Source: Lingula anatina
Taxonomy: Eukaryota; Animalia; Brachiopoda
Reading direction: 5' to 3'
Length of the DNA: 64,000 nucleotides
NCBI GenBank assembly: GCA_051362555.1
Contig: CM120643.1
Coordinates: 18,790,848 to 18,854,847, forward strand
Part shown: piece after piece, positions 53,111 through 63,893 of the stretch
Position numbering within the stretch: position 1 is the first letter of the stretch
How the letters are laid out: the number at the start of each line of letters is the position of its first letter
Translations under genes and position numbers: made by a program
Notes under the pieces: model-generated
The model's database searches: none
What the model was told of the DNA's origin: nothing
The model's input: only the letters and a program-made list of their open reading frames with translations

Positions 53111-55306
53111 CCCTCATCCTCAAGGAAATGGAACCCTACGTAAACCCTGAAACCGGGCCTCGGAGGCCCGGTCCCTTGCTCGCTTTACCTCCACCTGGGT
53201 GAGTATACACTGTGTATTGAACATGCGGAAAAATAATTTTTTTCTCAAAATGGAAAGTTTCGCAAAGCTAGTGCAGTCTATGAGGTATGTATAATTATGA
53301 TTGATTTAAACTGATATCTGCATATCAGGTGACCAAGGTGACCGATTACTCATAAATAATAATTTCTCCAGGTCTTGAATCTTTCACAGGCAGATTTCAT
53401 TGACCATATACTGATAGTCAGAGCATACATGATATTGCTTGTGTAAAGCATTTGATAGCAAAGATATTTGAGGTAACATAACTTCATAACATAAGATAAC
53501 TTCACTAGATGATTTGGGATCACACTCTGATGAGCTACGTATCTGATGGTACATAATCACTCCCAGAGGATTCATCTGGCGGGTCACTGTTGTTCCCCTA
53601 TCTGGCAGCATGTTGCCAATTGCCTCAAATACATTTCTAGACATTGTATGAACAAAGCTCAACACAAAAGTAAAACCCAACAATGCATCACATATCTTAT
53701 ATACACATGCTCCCATGTGGAAGTAAAATTATCAAGGGACTGGTGTACCATGAAAATCTGACTCCCCCTATGGAATTTTGACTCCCCCCCCCCAAAAAAA
53801 AAAAAAAAAAAAAAAAAAAAACGTTCATAAATCTCATTTAATTTGAATAAATGACTATGATTTTGTAGTATGCATAACGGAAGACCCATTGGCACTTTTT
53901 GTTAGTTTGCAGGTGAAAATTTTCATGAAAAAATAAAAAAATTAAAGATTTGTGTTTTACCACCCAAGGACTCCCCTATGAAAAAGCTATTTATTTGACA
54001 CTTGATGACCATTTCAACATCTTTCCTTTTAGGTTACTTTATGAAGATTATATTGGAAGTACTTGAAAGTTTGATGGTAAAAAATTGGGCGGAAATAAAC
54101 ACATTAAAAAATAAGAAAAATTAAGGATCTGTATTCTAACACCCAATAACTCCCCTATGAGAAAGCTATTCATTTGATATTTGATGATCATTCTGACATC
54201 TTTTCTTTGAGGATACTTTTTGAAGAATATATTGAAAGTACTTTAAAGTTTGATGGTTAAAAATTGGGTGAAAAAAATTTAAAAAAAAAACATGAAAAAT
54301 AAGAAAATAAGGTAGTAAGATGAATACTTGTTTTAAAAATATTCACCAAAATTTTCACCACCAAACTTTCAAATAATAACAAAATGTACATCTCTGTGCA
54401 AACTATGTGGAAAACAATAGTATGGTGATTGAATATAAAATAGGTCCTTTTCTTCATGGGAGTCCAAATCTCATGGGTATAAAAATGAAGATTTTCATGA
54501 TTTCTTTTTCATTTTTTCACTTACTATTTTATCATCAAACTTTTAAATATATCCAATATATTTTTCATAAAGTATCCTAAAAGGAAAGGTGTTGAAATGA
54601 TCATCAAATATTAAATAGATAGCTTTTTCATAGGGGAGTTTTTGGGTGATAAAATGAACATTTTTAATTTTCTTATTTTTCTTTTTTTATTTATTTATTT
54701 ATTTATTTTTTTTTGGGGGGGGGGGGGGTTCACCCAATATTTTACTGTCAAACTTTCAAATATTTCCAATATAGTCTTCATAAAGTAAATTTAAGGAAAG
54801 ATGTTGAAATGATCATCAAATATCAATTAAATAGCTTTTTCATAGGGGAGACAATGGGCGGTTAAGTGCACATTTCTAATTTTCTTATTTTTTCATGAAA
54901 ATATTCACCTGCAAACTAAAAAAAAGTGCCAATGTATCCTCTATTTTACATACTACAACATCACAGTCATATACTCAAATAAAATAAGATTAATGAAGTT
55001 TTGTGGAGCGGGAGATTTTCATGGGGTGAGTCAGATTTTCATTATGAAAATCTGACTGGGGGAGTCAGATTTTCATGTTACACCGGGCCTCAGAGGCCCG
55101 GTTTCCAGGAAATGGGACTAACTTTTGGAAAAGTTAATTTCTTCATATGGTGTAAATTATTTCAAAACTAATTATTTATCCATTGATGGGGTATAAGTTG
55201 CCTGAGGATTACATGAAAGGAACAGGCTCATAACCTCATGCGAACGAAGAGAGAGCAAAGGGTACATGGGTCCGGGCCTGTGAGGCCCCTGAAAGGTGGA
55301 TAAGGG
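53111..55306. mobile_element. piggyBac-like non-autonomous element
   Basis: TTAA|CCCTCATCC ... GGATAAGGG|TTAA; subterminal palindromic motif ccgggcctc(g/a)gaggcccgg near 53155, 55083 and 55272. Confidence 0.8.
53740..55085. repeat. About 1.35-kb foldback with internal ~180-bp subrepeats inside the piggyBac
   Basis: ggtgtaccatgaaaatctgactccccc / gggggagtcagattttcatgttacacc; the arms continue (tttgcaggtgaaaattttcatgaaaaaata vs tattttttcatgaaaatattcacctgcaaa). Confidence 0.8.
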
Positions 55307-56120
55307 TTAAATGATACCTCACGGTGTAACCATAGACGAAAAAAAGGTCATGGAATTGTCGGCACTGTTGTAAAATTATAAAAAGAAAGCAATGCTGGCT
55401 TTTTTGCATTATTTTCATACAATAGTTTCGGTTACAAATGTGAAGGTGTTCAAATCCATTAATAGAAATACGTACTGCCTCCAACGCGTTTTTCTCATTT
55501 ACAACAGCATACTATAATAGCATACATAGCACACTATAATAATATTTTGATTCGGAATATATTTACGATTTTATTGCTATATATCCAAGGCAACAGCAAA
55601 GTTAACGTATTTTAACGTTCTTATTTCTAAATCAAAATGGAATAATTTAGCTCATGAATTTCTCCGTCACTGAAATGCTCCTTTTGTGTTTATTTATGTC
55701 ATCATTCCATTATGACTGCAGCTGAGAGCTCCTCATTTGCCCAATTATACCATCCACGTATTGTTGGCCAGTGACGCAGCGGAGCGTTACTCGGGCGTAG
55801 TTGCGACGATCAGTTTTTGTCTTGGTGCAACGGGCGTAAGCAGGGACGCCAGGCGTTGCGGTTTACGACAGTCGTAGCCGAGTAAATTTAAGCCCTGTTG
55901 GTGCAACCGGGCCCAGGTGTCGCGTCACTTATTTTACAAGCATGTGGTAATAGTTGCTACGTCTGTATACCTGTAGCTGGAATAAAAAGACTAGAATTTT
56001 ATCAAACTTGTGCGTGAACTGATACAAAAGGACTTCAGATGCGGCTTATATACCACAAAGAGCACCGGAGGACAAAAGTTTCGCTAGGACACGGATATGT
56101 ATCATCTCGAATGAAAGTTT

Positions 56121-56692
56121 GGTACTTATGTAGTATACCCCCCCCACCCTGTAACTTCCTGAAACTTTCATTTTTCAAACATTTTTTTACATTGTCTTTT
56201 TCACCTATGTCAAAGCTGTTGAAATAAAATGTTTTTGTAATTACCTGTGGTCTTTTTATTAGTTTTAATCACATTTAATCCACCCCATTGAAATACAATG
56301 TGAAAATTTACAATGTACCCGCAGTCAATAACTTGCCGCGTTTTAGTTGGCTAACTCTACCTTATTTCATGTGAACATAGGATTGATACATTGTATACTT
56401 GGACTTCCTCTGTGAAATTATTATGAGCTACTTGTTCACATAAAATTACCTTAGAGTTAGCCAACGAAAACGCGGCAAGTTATTGACTGCGGGTGTAAAT
56501 TGAAGATTCTAACATTGTATTTCAATGGGCTGGATTAAACGTGATTAAAACCAATAAAAAGTCCACAGGTAATTACAAAAGCATTTTATTTCAACAGCTT
56601 TGACATAGATGAACAAGAAAATGTAAAAAAACTGTTTGAAAAGTGAAAGTTACAGAAAGTTACAGGGTGGGGGGGTATACTACAAAAGTACC
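56121..56692. mobile_element. Merlin-like palindromic MITE (572 bp)
   Basis: GGTAC...GTACC termini, about 260-bp arms, exact 8-bp TSD GAAAGTTT. Confidence 0.82.
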
Positions 56693-56801
56693 GAAAGTTT
56701 TACACACAGAGTGGAATGAAGCCTTACCTGCAGTGTAAGCACCCGGATGTACCTACTACTACAATAGTAGCATGTTAGGCTTAAAATAAAAACAGCTGTG
56801 C

Positions 56802-57609
56802 CATATGGGCGGCCAAAAGGGCAAAAATTCATGTCGTCGATTCACTGCCTTCCCATCGATTCAGTTTCAAGTACCCTTTCAAGTACCCTGTCATAAATTC
56901 AGCAACCATTTTCATCAATTCAATTGTCAAACATTTCTCGTCAACGGTGTATTACAACCAATGCTGTCACTATTTTCGTCGATCGTGTAACTATTCTCGT
57001 CGATCGTCAAACTATTCTCGTCGATCGTCTAACTGTTCTCGTCGATCCTGTAACGTCACTTCATCATTCATCGATCGATCGCCAGAGGGCGCTGCGGTAG
57101 CACATTGGCATCACATGACTATCAAAATGGCAGACAACAAAATGATTGCTAGTGAAATAAGAAAATTTTCTCAACAATTTCAATTTTAATTGACATTATT
57201 TTCTAGTTGTTTTCAACTCTGACCATGGCTGGCCGAGTTAAAAATTACCGCGTGATTGGCAGACAGAAGCACGTGTTGCTACCGCAGCGCCCTCTGGCGA
57301 TCGATCGATGAGACGATCGACGAGAATAGACGATCGATGAGAATAGTTACAGGATTGACGAGATTAGTTGGACGATCGACGAGATTACACGATCGACGAG
57401 AATAGTTAGACGATCGACGAAAATCGTGAGAGCATTGGTTTTAATACACCGTAGATGAGAAATGTTTGACAATTGAATTGACGAAAGTAGATGTTGAATT
57501 TATGACAGGATCGTTTAAACTTGAAACTGAATCGATGGGAAGGCAGTGAATCGACGAAACATAACTGAATCGACGACATGAATTTTTGCCCTTTTGGCCG
57601 CCCATAGTG
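56802..57609. mobile_element. Foldback element with Transib/RAG-like terminus and internal 21-bp tandem repeats
   Basis: Arms of about 300 bp; the right end read inward is CACTATG-13 nt-GCAAAAATT and the left end is CA-TATG...; repeats ctattctcgtcgatcgtctaa. Confidence 0.7.
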
Positions 57610-57933
57610 CCACACACTCGCAGCACTTTGAACTGTGCCTTGTAACATTGCTTTTGCAGGCCGGTTCGATCTTTGATATTTGATCGGGAACAAGGAAGTG
57701 CGCAGATTGTGAGACTAAAGTTCGAGAGCAAAAAACGACCCCAAGATACACCCTACCAAAACCGACGCGGGTTTTGAGTTTCAGATTAAGTAGGCCACAG
57801 CAACCATTGATGACAGTCAGGATCCTGATGATATTATATCATTCAAGACATCACAGTTACATGTACAGTATAACAGGGTGATTCCAATTAAAACTAGAGC
57901 TATTATCGCTGTATTAGACCGGGAAACCCACTA

Positions 57934-58141
57934 ATGGCCAGAAGAGCTGGGAAACCAAGGCAACTCGTTAAGTTTTCTATCCTGATCGTTCTACTTCAGG
58001 CTGGATTTGTTTTAATTTTACGATCGACACAGAGCTCGTTGAGGACAAGTGTTTCAGTGGAAAATGATTTCGCTGCTGCGGGTGATCGTAATGTTTCTGC
58101 AAAGATATTACGTCTGTGTGATGTAGACGTCAGTCGGTCTG
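57934..58141 (+). CDS. GT7 beta-1,4-galactosyl/GalNAc-transferase exon 1 (type II membrane anchor and stem)
   Basis: MARRAGKPRQLVK basic tail plus hydrophobic FSILIVLLQAGFVLIL; stem Cys; donor g|gtaagt, phase 1, in frame with 63125. Confidence 0.75.
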
Positions 58142-58159
58142 GTAAGTGTAAAGTACTGC

Positions 58160-58196
<37 letters not shown>

Positions 58197-58536
58197 GCAT
58201 TTTCACTTGGGCCAAAATTAAGAATCAAAGCCAAAACACATGACATGACAATTTACCCTTATGTTTACATGTTCCTTCAACCCCTTCCTAATATCTGAGA
58301 ACCGCCTTACATTGTAGCATGTTAGGCATATGATACTAATCGATAGAATTGTGGCTATGGATAGGGTAAGAAAAGCACTGGAGAAAGGGCGTTTAAAAAA
58401 CAATGATACTTGTTTTCCATTCATGTCAGGTTGCAACTCTGGCAGAATAAATAAACCCAAGAATTAGCAAAGAAAGTGGAAAAACGGAACTCTACAAACG
58501 AAATGAAATGCCCAAGAAAATAGTTTACTACACACA

Positions 58537-59505
58537 CAGGCCTTCCCAACTACCAGACTCGGCACCTACGGGTCCAGTATAAACCGGTTTATCAGACCAC
58601 ACTACCCGTTTTCAAGGTGTGTGTCAGATCGCATTACAGAGTATCAGCCACCACACCGATTTTGCCTGGTGGGCGATGTGATAGCAATGATCCTAAGCGG
58701 GGTTGGAAAGTAGTGCATCTCATCTAGATTCATGCGCTGCTGCAATTTTCTCTGTTTATGCAAAAATCTGACAGTACCGCAATTTTTAACATAAAATTTA
58801 GGTTCGGACATAGCCAATGATGTTTTGTAAATAAGAACTTGCAAACTTATATATTAATTTAGAAAAGTAGACCTAATTTTGATAGCGGAAGCATATTCTG
58901 TCGGGGGTTAAATATTTTCATGACTACCGGGATGGACGAGATTGAGGGCAGGGGTAATCCTAGAGAGGGGTGAGAAACGTCCATTGTTCTCGTCAGCGAG
59001 GCTGTCCTTTTTCAGGGTTTGTACGCACGGACAGAAAACTTAAGTATTGTGGGAACGTTACTAATGAAGCTACTGGTAGTACTAGTAGATATCAGCCTGT
59101 AGTCTTGAACAAGCGCCTCGATGACGAGTGAACAGTTGTCAAAAACAAAAGACCCAGGTGTGGTAGTTCAACTACTGTTCATGCGTGCCGCAACGACCAA
59201 ACCTAATTGCTCCTCAAGGTCACAAAACAATAACCGGTACTGACGGCTAGGCTCGTCTTAATCACATAGGCTAAGTGGCGCGTTTCCACCCCCTGATTGA
59301 GGGAGTCGTCTGTTGTATTCATACGACTCCTACTTGACGAAAACGAGGCGCGATACCCGGATGACAGGTAGGCTTACAGAATTTGTGATAGGGTATGATA
59401 CTCTTTTATGCGATCTGACACACACCTTGAAAACGGGTAGTATGGTCAGATATACCGGTTTATTCTGGACCCGTAGGTGCTGAGTCTGGTAGTTGGGAAG
59501 GCCTG
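58537..59505. mobile_element. Non-autonomous DNA element, CAGGCC termini, about 110-bp TIRs, 5-bp TSD ACACA (family A, long copy)
   Basis: caggccttcccaactaccagactc... / ...gagtctggtagttgggaaggcctg; ACACA at 58532-36 and 59506-10. Confidence 0.88.
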
Positions 59506-59677
59506 ACACACTGGACAATAGAAGTGTCACCCCTACTGAACCAATACTATGGGGGAGATAAATGACTATGGAATGATATGCTCCTGGTATCATTTTATTA
59601 ACATCAAATTTCACAAAAAAATCACAAAATGAGAACAAAATATACATTCTACCAAAATATGCAGTTCAAGTCCAATA

Positions 59678-60705
59678 TTAGTACTTAGTGGCATAGCCAC
59701 GTGACCTAATAATAGGTGCCAGTCTACGAGGCAAGGATTCATATAATTGTCTGATGCGTTCAGGGCTTATGCTGGCCCAAGCATGAAACACTGAAAATAA
59801 CAGAGTTTCTCTGCTGGTTAGACGGGCATTTGTCAAAAGTTTTGACATATCATTCCACACATTTTCTATTATGTTTGCATCCGGACCCTGGGCAGGCCAC
59901 ATCACCCTGCGAATGTCCTGTTGGTCAAACCAATCATCAACTGCTCCGGGCCTGTGACAAGGGGCATTGTCATCCTGGTGAACAAATGGATAATTCCTGT
60001 CACCAAACATGTTAGTAATAGATGGTAGCAAGCCTGACTGCAAAACATCGATATATTTCTAGTGATTCATGTTTCCATCAACCACTATCAATTCGCGCAC
60101 GCCATGGATGCTGATGCAGCCCCACACCATGATGAATATGCTGCTCCGGGTTCGAAAATTCAGTGCATGTGGTTCAAATGCTTTACCAGCAGTTCGCCAG
60201 CATCGTACCCGTCTGTCATCAGAGATCAGACCAAAGCGACACTCATCAGAAAAAATATATAGGACCAATTGTCATGGACTGTCCAGTTCCAGATCCTGCT
60301 GACCCTAGTTCACTCTATGTTGCCTGTTTTGTAACGATATAAGAGGTTTCAGTCTTGCTACCCTGCTGTACACTCTATGAACATGTAACCGACGCCTAGC
60401 AATGTTCACAGACACATTCTTATGTGTGAAATTGTTCCACTGTGTTGTCAACTGACAAGCAGTGTCGAACTTTGACAACCTGGACATCAAAATCAGTCGT
60501 CGGTCTTCATGGCCAGTAGTTTTTCTTGGACGACCCATCAGAGGCAATTTGTCTCTTGATCCAGTGTTTCTATACCGAGACCAGACCCTCTGCACGGTTC
60601 TGACTGAACAATTCAATTGTATCGATATTCTGACATTGCTTATATTCCGCCTCTTCAGGTTAACTTGTACCTATAACCGTTAGATAATTGCCTGTATCTT
60701 GCCAT
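59678..60705 (-). pseudogene. Decayed Tc1 transposase
   Basis: HTH region (SVRTVQR, GRPRKTT), FSDE, QDDNAPCH, WPAQGPDANIIENVW with 34 aa between D and E; broken by stops and frameshifts into at least 3 ORF pieces. Confidence 0.92.
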
Positions 60706-61000
60706 ATTGGACAGGAATAACATTTGCTGTACATGTACAAGACCAACAATACAATTCCATGGTATAGCGGTTTCATACTTATTAGTCACATTATAAGTAG
60801 ACCAGGCATTTTAAGTACCCAAGATCTGCCTACTTTTATTACTCTGAGTTAGGGGGTGACACTTCTATTGTCCAGTGTGTGTAGTACAAAATTTGCAAAC
60901 TGATCCTTTTTTTACAACATGGATGTCGAGCTCATTTAGGTTGGCCGAACAATACCTGCAATAATAGATATGACAAGTCAAGTGATGTTTGTACTAGTAT

Positions 61001-61167
61001 CAGGCCCGTAGCCAGCAATTTTAAAAGGGGGTTCTTTTTCTGAAAAAGTGGACCTTTTCGCATAAAAATTTCATGTACCTAGATCAAATTTTACCCAGAG
61101 TAGACCTTTTCCCAGCAAAAGGGGCGGTTCTTTCGAACCCACCGAACCCCCCCTGGCTACGGGCCTG
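61001..61167. mobile_element. MITE with CAGGCCCGTAGCCAG TIRs, 5-bp TSD AGTAT (family B)
   Basis: Perfect 15-bp TIRs; AGTAT at 60996-61000 and 61168-72; related relics near 46266-46430, 22690-22769 and 12480-12536. Confidence 0.88.
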
Positions 61168-63124
61168 AGTATTTCACCACCATTGTTGACCAGTATGCAA
61201 GAGTCAGCAGAATGGAATTAGGAAGAGCCAACCTGTGATTTCGTTAGAGTTTGCGGACAAATCCACCCATGATTATTCATTATATATTTATGAACTTCAG
61301 GAATATGTGTAAGTTATAATAAATTCTGTTTTAAGTTATCATACTTAGAGCACAATTCCCAAAATTGCATGATGCGAAAAATAATCCAAACAAAAATTGC
61401 CCGAGTTTGCAACAGTTGCATCGAAACTCTCTTTAGATTAAATGCATTTTGAAAATTTCCAAAAGTCATACTTTCTGGTAACACATCCTACAAAGCTACT
61501 TATTTATCCAATCAAAACCTTAAATATGATAACATCCCTAAAATTAAAGTGCCTGAATTGTCAGGAAGACACGGCGGGATAAAGTAATGCAAAAATTTAA
61601 AGCAAGTTATCTTTGAAATGGTACAACCGCGATATGCTCGCTACCTGTACTTAAGGTCACATCGCTCCAAGTGAAGAGAAGACGGATCGATCGATCCATT
61701 AGTCATGAGCAGAATAGAAAAAAAATCATTTTCTCGAGGAAAATTGCGGTTAGCGCGAAATGTCAGCACAAAATATCTTTAATTAGCCATAGACGAAAAT
61801 AATATAACATTTATCACTAACTTGTTAAGTATGAGAAACTGACATTCAAATTCGTCCTTTTTCACTAAAATGAATGATTTTTTAAATTTTAAAAAAGACG
61901 TGTTTCACACAGAGGCCATTCTTGAGTTTTCGCGTGTTCGCAGGAAGCTAACCTCATAATTGATAAATATACAGTAGATTTATCTGCATGTCCCTGCCGT
62001 TGCCAGTGGAGTAAGAAAAATGCTGACAGGCGAGGAATGAGTTTCCAGGGACCTCAAAAAGGCGGAGTGAAAAGGTCTCATATCGTTATATAAAGTAGTA
62101 AACAGTTATGGTAACTGGAACATGTGCGGCAAACAGTGATAGGGATTTGATTAAAAATGAACACTCCGCTTAATAACCAAATAGTCAATAGCATGGGTAG
62201 ACATGGTCGCTAGACCCCATGAGTAGAATGCAAACTTATACCCGGTACGATAGGAACAACTAGAGGGATAAGTAGTAAATGAAATTAATTAATTATTTTT
62301 TGAAATTTAAATTATGAATAAATATATATGTATAAAAACATGACAAATATAGTGATACCACAAAATAATAAAAACAGTTATTTACATTGTGGTCGATATT
62401 TGGAATGATCACGTGACTAGAATAAAAAAGGATTAAATTTAAAAAAAGCTAAGAAGAGCTAAATGTGTGTGTATGTGTGTATGTGTGTGTGTGTGTGTGT
62501 GTGTTAGTGTGTGTGTGTGTGTGTGTGTGATTATACAAGACTGAGATTTAAACTTCAAAGTTAGCAATCATTCTATCCCGCTGGGAATTTTAACATCTAT
62601 TATAATAGCAGTTGCAAGAGGGTCTAAATATGATAAAAATATAATCTGTATTCGACAAAACGGGCAACTAGAAAGCTTTTTCACATGTGTGACACGCATT
62701 TGTATAGTTAGGTCCCTTAATGAGTTTACACCTGATGTATAAAATAGGGTTTGGGCGATTAATGTGCGCACGGTACTATATTTGAAGTCTAGACTACAGA
62801 ATACATAGTCGTATACCTAACCGCGAGAGATATTCTCATATGAATTAAACAAACAGAAAATTACAAAATCAAGTATTTTATAGGCACAGGTAGTAGAGCT
62901 AAATGTTTTTCTCTTGACCTGGTATATAAATAGTAACCGATTACCCTAAATTTGCGGCCCAATGTGTGCCAGCGTCTTCATCTTCAATTTTATTAGGCTT
63001 TGCATTCGGGCTAAAAAAAGGAAGAAACTGACGCTTGTAAGACCTGAGTATTTGAGGCTAGAATTTCAGGTAAAATTTTAAGGAAAAAAGACAATTTTCT
63101 GTATACCAAACTCATCGTTTTCAG

Positions 63125-63360
63125 TTGGAAACACCGGAGTTACGAAGAATTTTACAATCAGCCTCCAAGAAGTCTCTCAGAAGCTGCAAGGCATCGGTCC
63201 AGGTGGAAAATGGAACCCACGCGACTGTCTGGCGAGAAATCGCGTCACCATAGTCGTGCCATTCAGGGATAGATGGGGCCATCTGGCGGTGTTTTTAAAT
63301 TTCATGCATCCTTTTTTACAGAGGCAACTTTTACACTATAGGATATTAGTTGTTGAGCAG
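63125..63360 (+). CDS. GT7 beta-1,4-GalT/GalNAcT (B4GALT/bre-4-like) exon 2
   Basis: PGGKWNPRDCLARNRVTIVVPFRDRWGHL...MHPFLQRQLLHYRILVVEQ; PFRxR and HPFLQRQ motifs. Confidence 0.95.
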
Positions 63361-63893
63361 GTACCAGTATACATGTACCTTAGTGACATCACTTGCTGAC
63401 CCAGTAGTCGTGAAGGCAACATTTGTGATCACATAGAAATTTAGCCTGAGTACTCAGAATACTTTACTAAGCTGGTGTTAATGTTGATTTTGTAACTGGC
63501 AATTTCAATATTTTTCATATACGCCCCTTAAGATAGATATTTGACTGCGTGAAATGCTATTCGATTTTTAAATATAATTTATCTTATTCTAAGTTGCAAG
63601 TCGGCTAATGAACGCTGCACCCACCATGAGTTTCAGAGGGCACTTGGAACGCATATCTCCGCTATGCTTCTGTCGTGACGCTACATGTAGAGACGGCAGT
63701 TTCCAGCGTTTTAAAATAATTTTCCTCTGAAACCCAGGATACCTTCCCTTGGCGTTAACATGAAATCATTAGTTCCTTGTTATGGTGGATAAATATATGA
63801 TCTTTTTGTCCATTAATTGTGCTATTTCTGATAATGGGCCTGCTGGTGAATGAAGCCATGCATTCTTTCATTGTAATGTGCCTTATGTTTCAG

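Larger units (their letters stand above)
52446..55913. mobile_element. PIF/Harbinger-like non-autonomous element hosting a nested piggyBac
   Basis: TIR GGCCCGGTTGCACCAA / TTGGTGCAACCGGGCC; 3-bp TSD CAG. Confidence 0.8.
58531..60881 (-). mobile_element. Tc1/mariner (DD34E) transposon in the GT7 intron; left TIR interrupted by another element
   Basis: TIR CACACACTGGACAATAGAAGTGTCACCCCCT; TA at 58529-30 and 60882-83; about 1.38 kb after removing the insert. Confidence 0.9.

Noticed and set aside
55236-55790. Possible Harbinger transposase or Myb remnants inside the outer element
   Set aside because: Only vague similarity; no catalytic motif is readable.
56968-57415. 21-bp repeat arrays as a CRISPR-like array
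   Set aside because: The units are contiguous without unique spacers, are mirrored in the arms of a foldback, and the context is eukaryotic.
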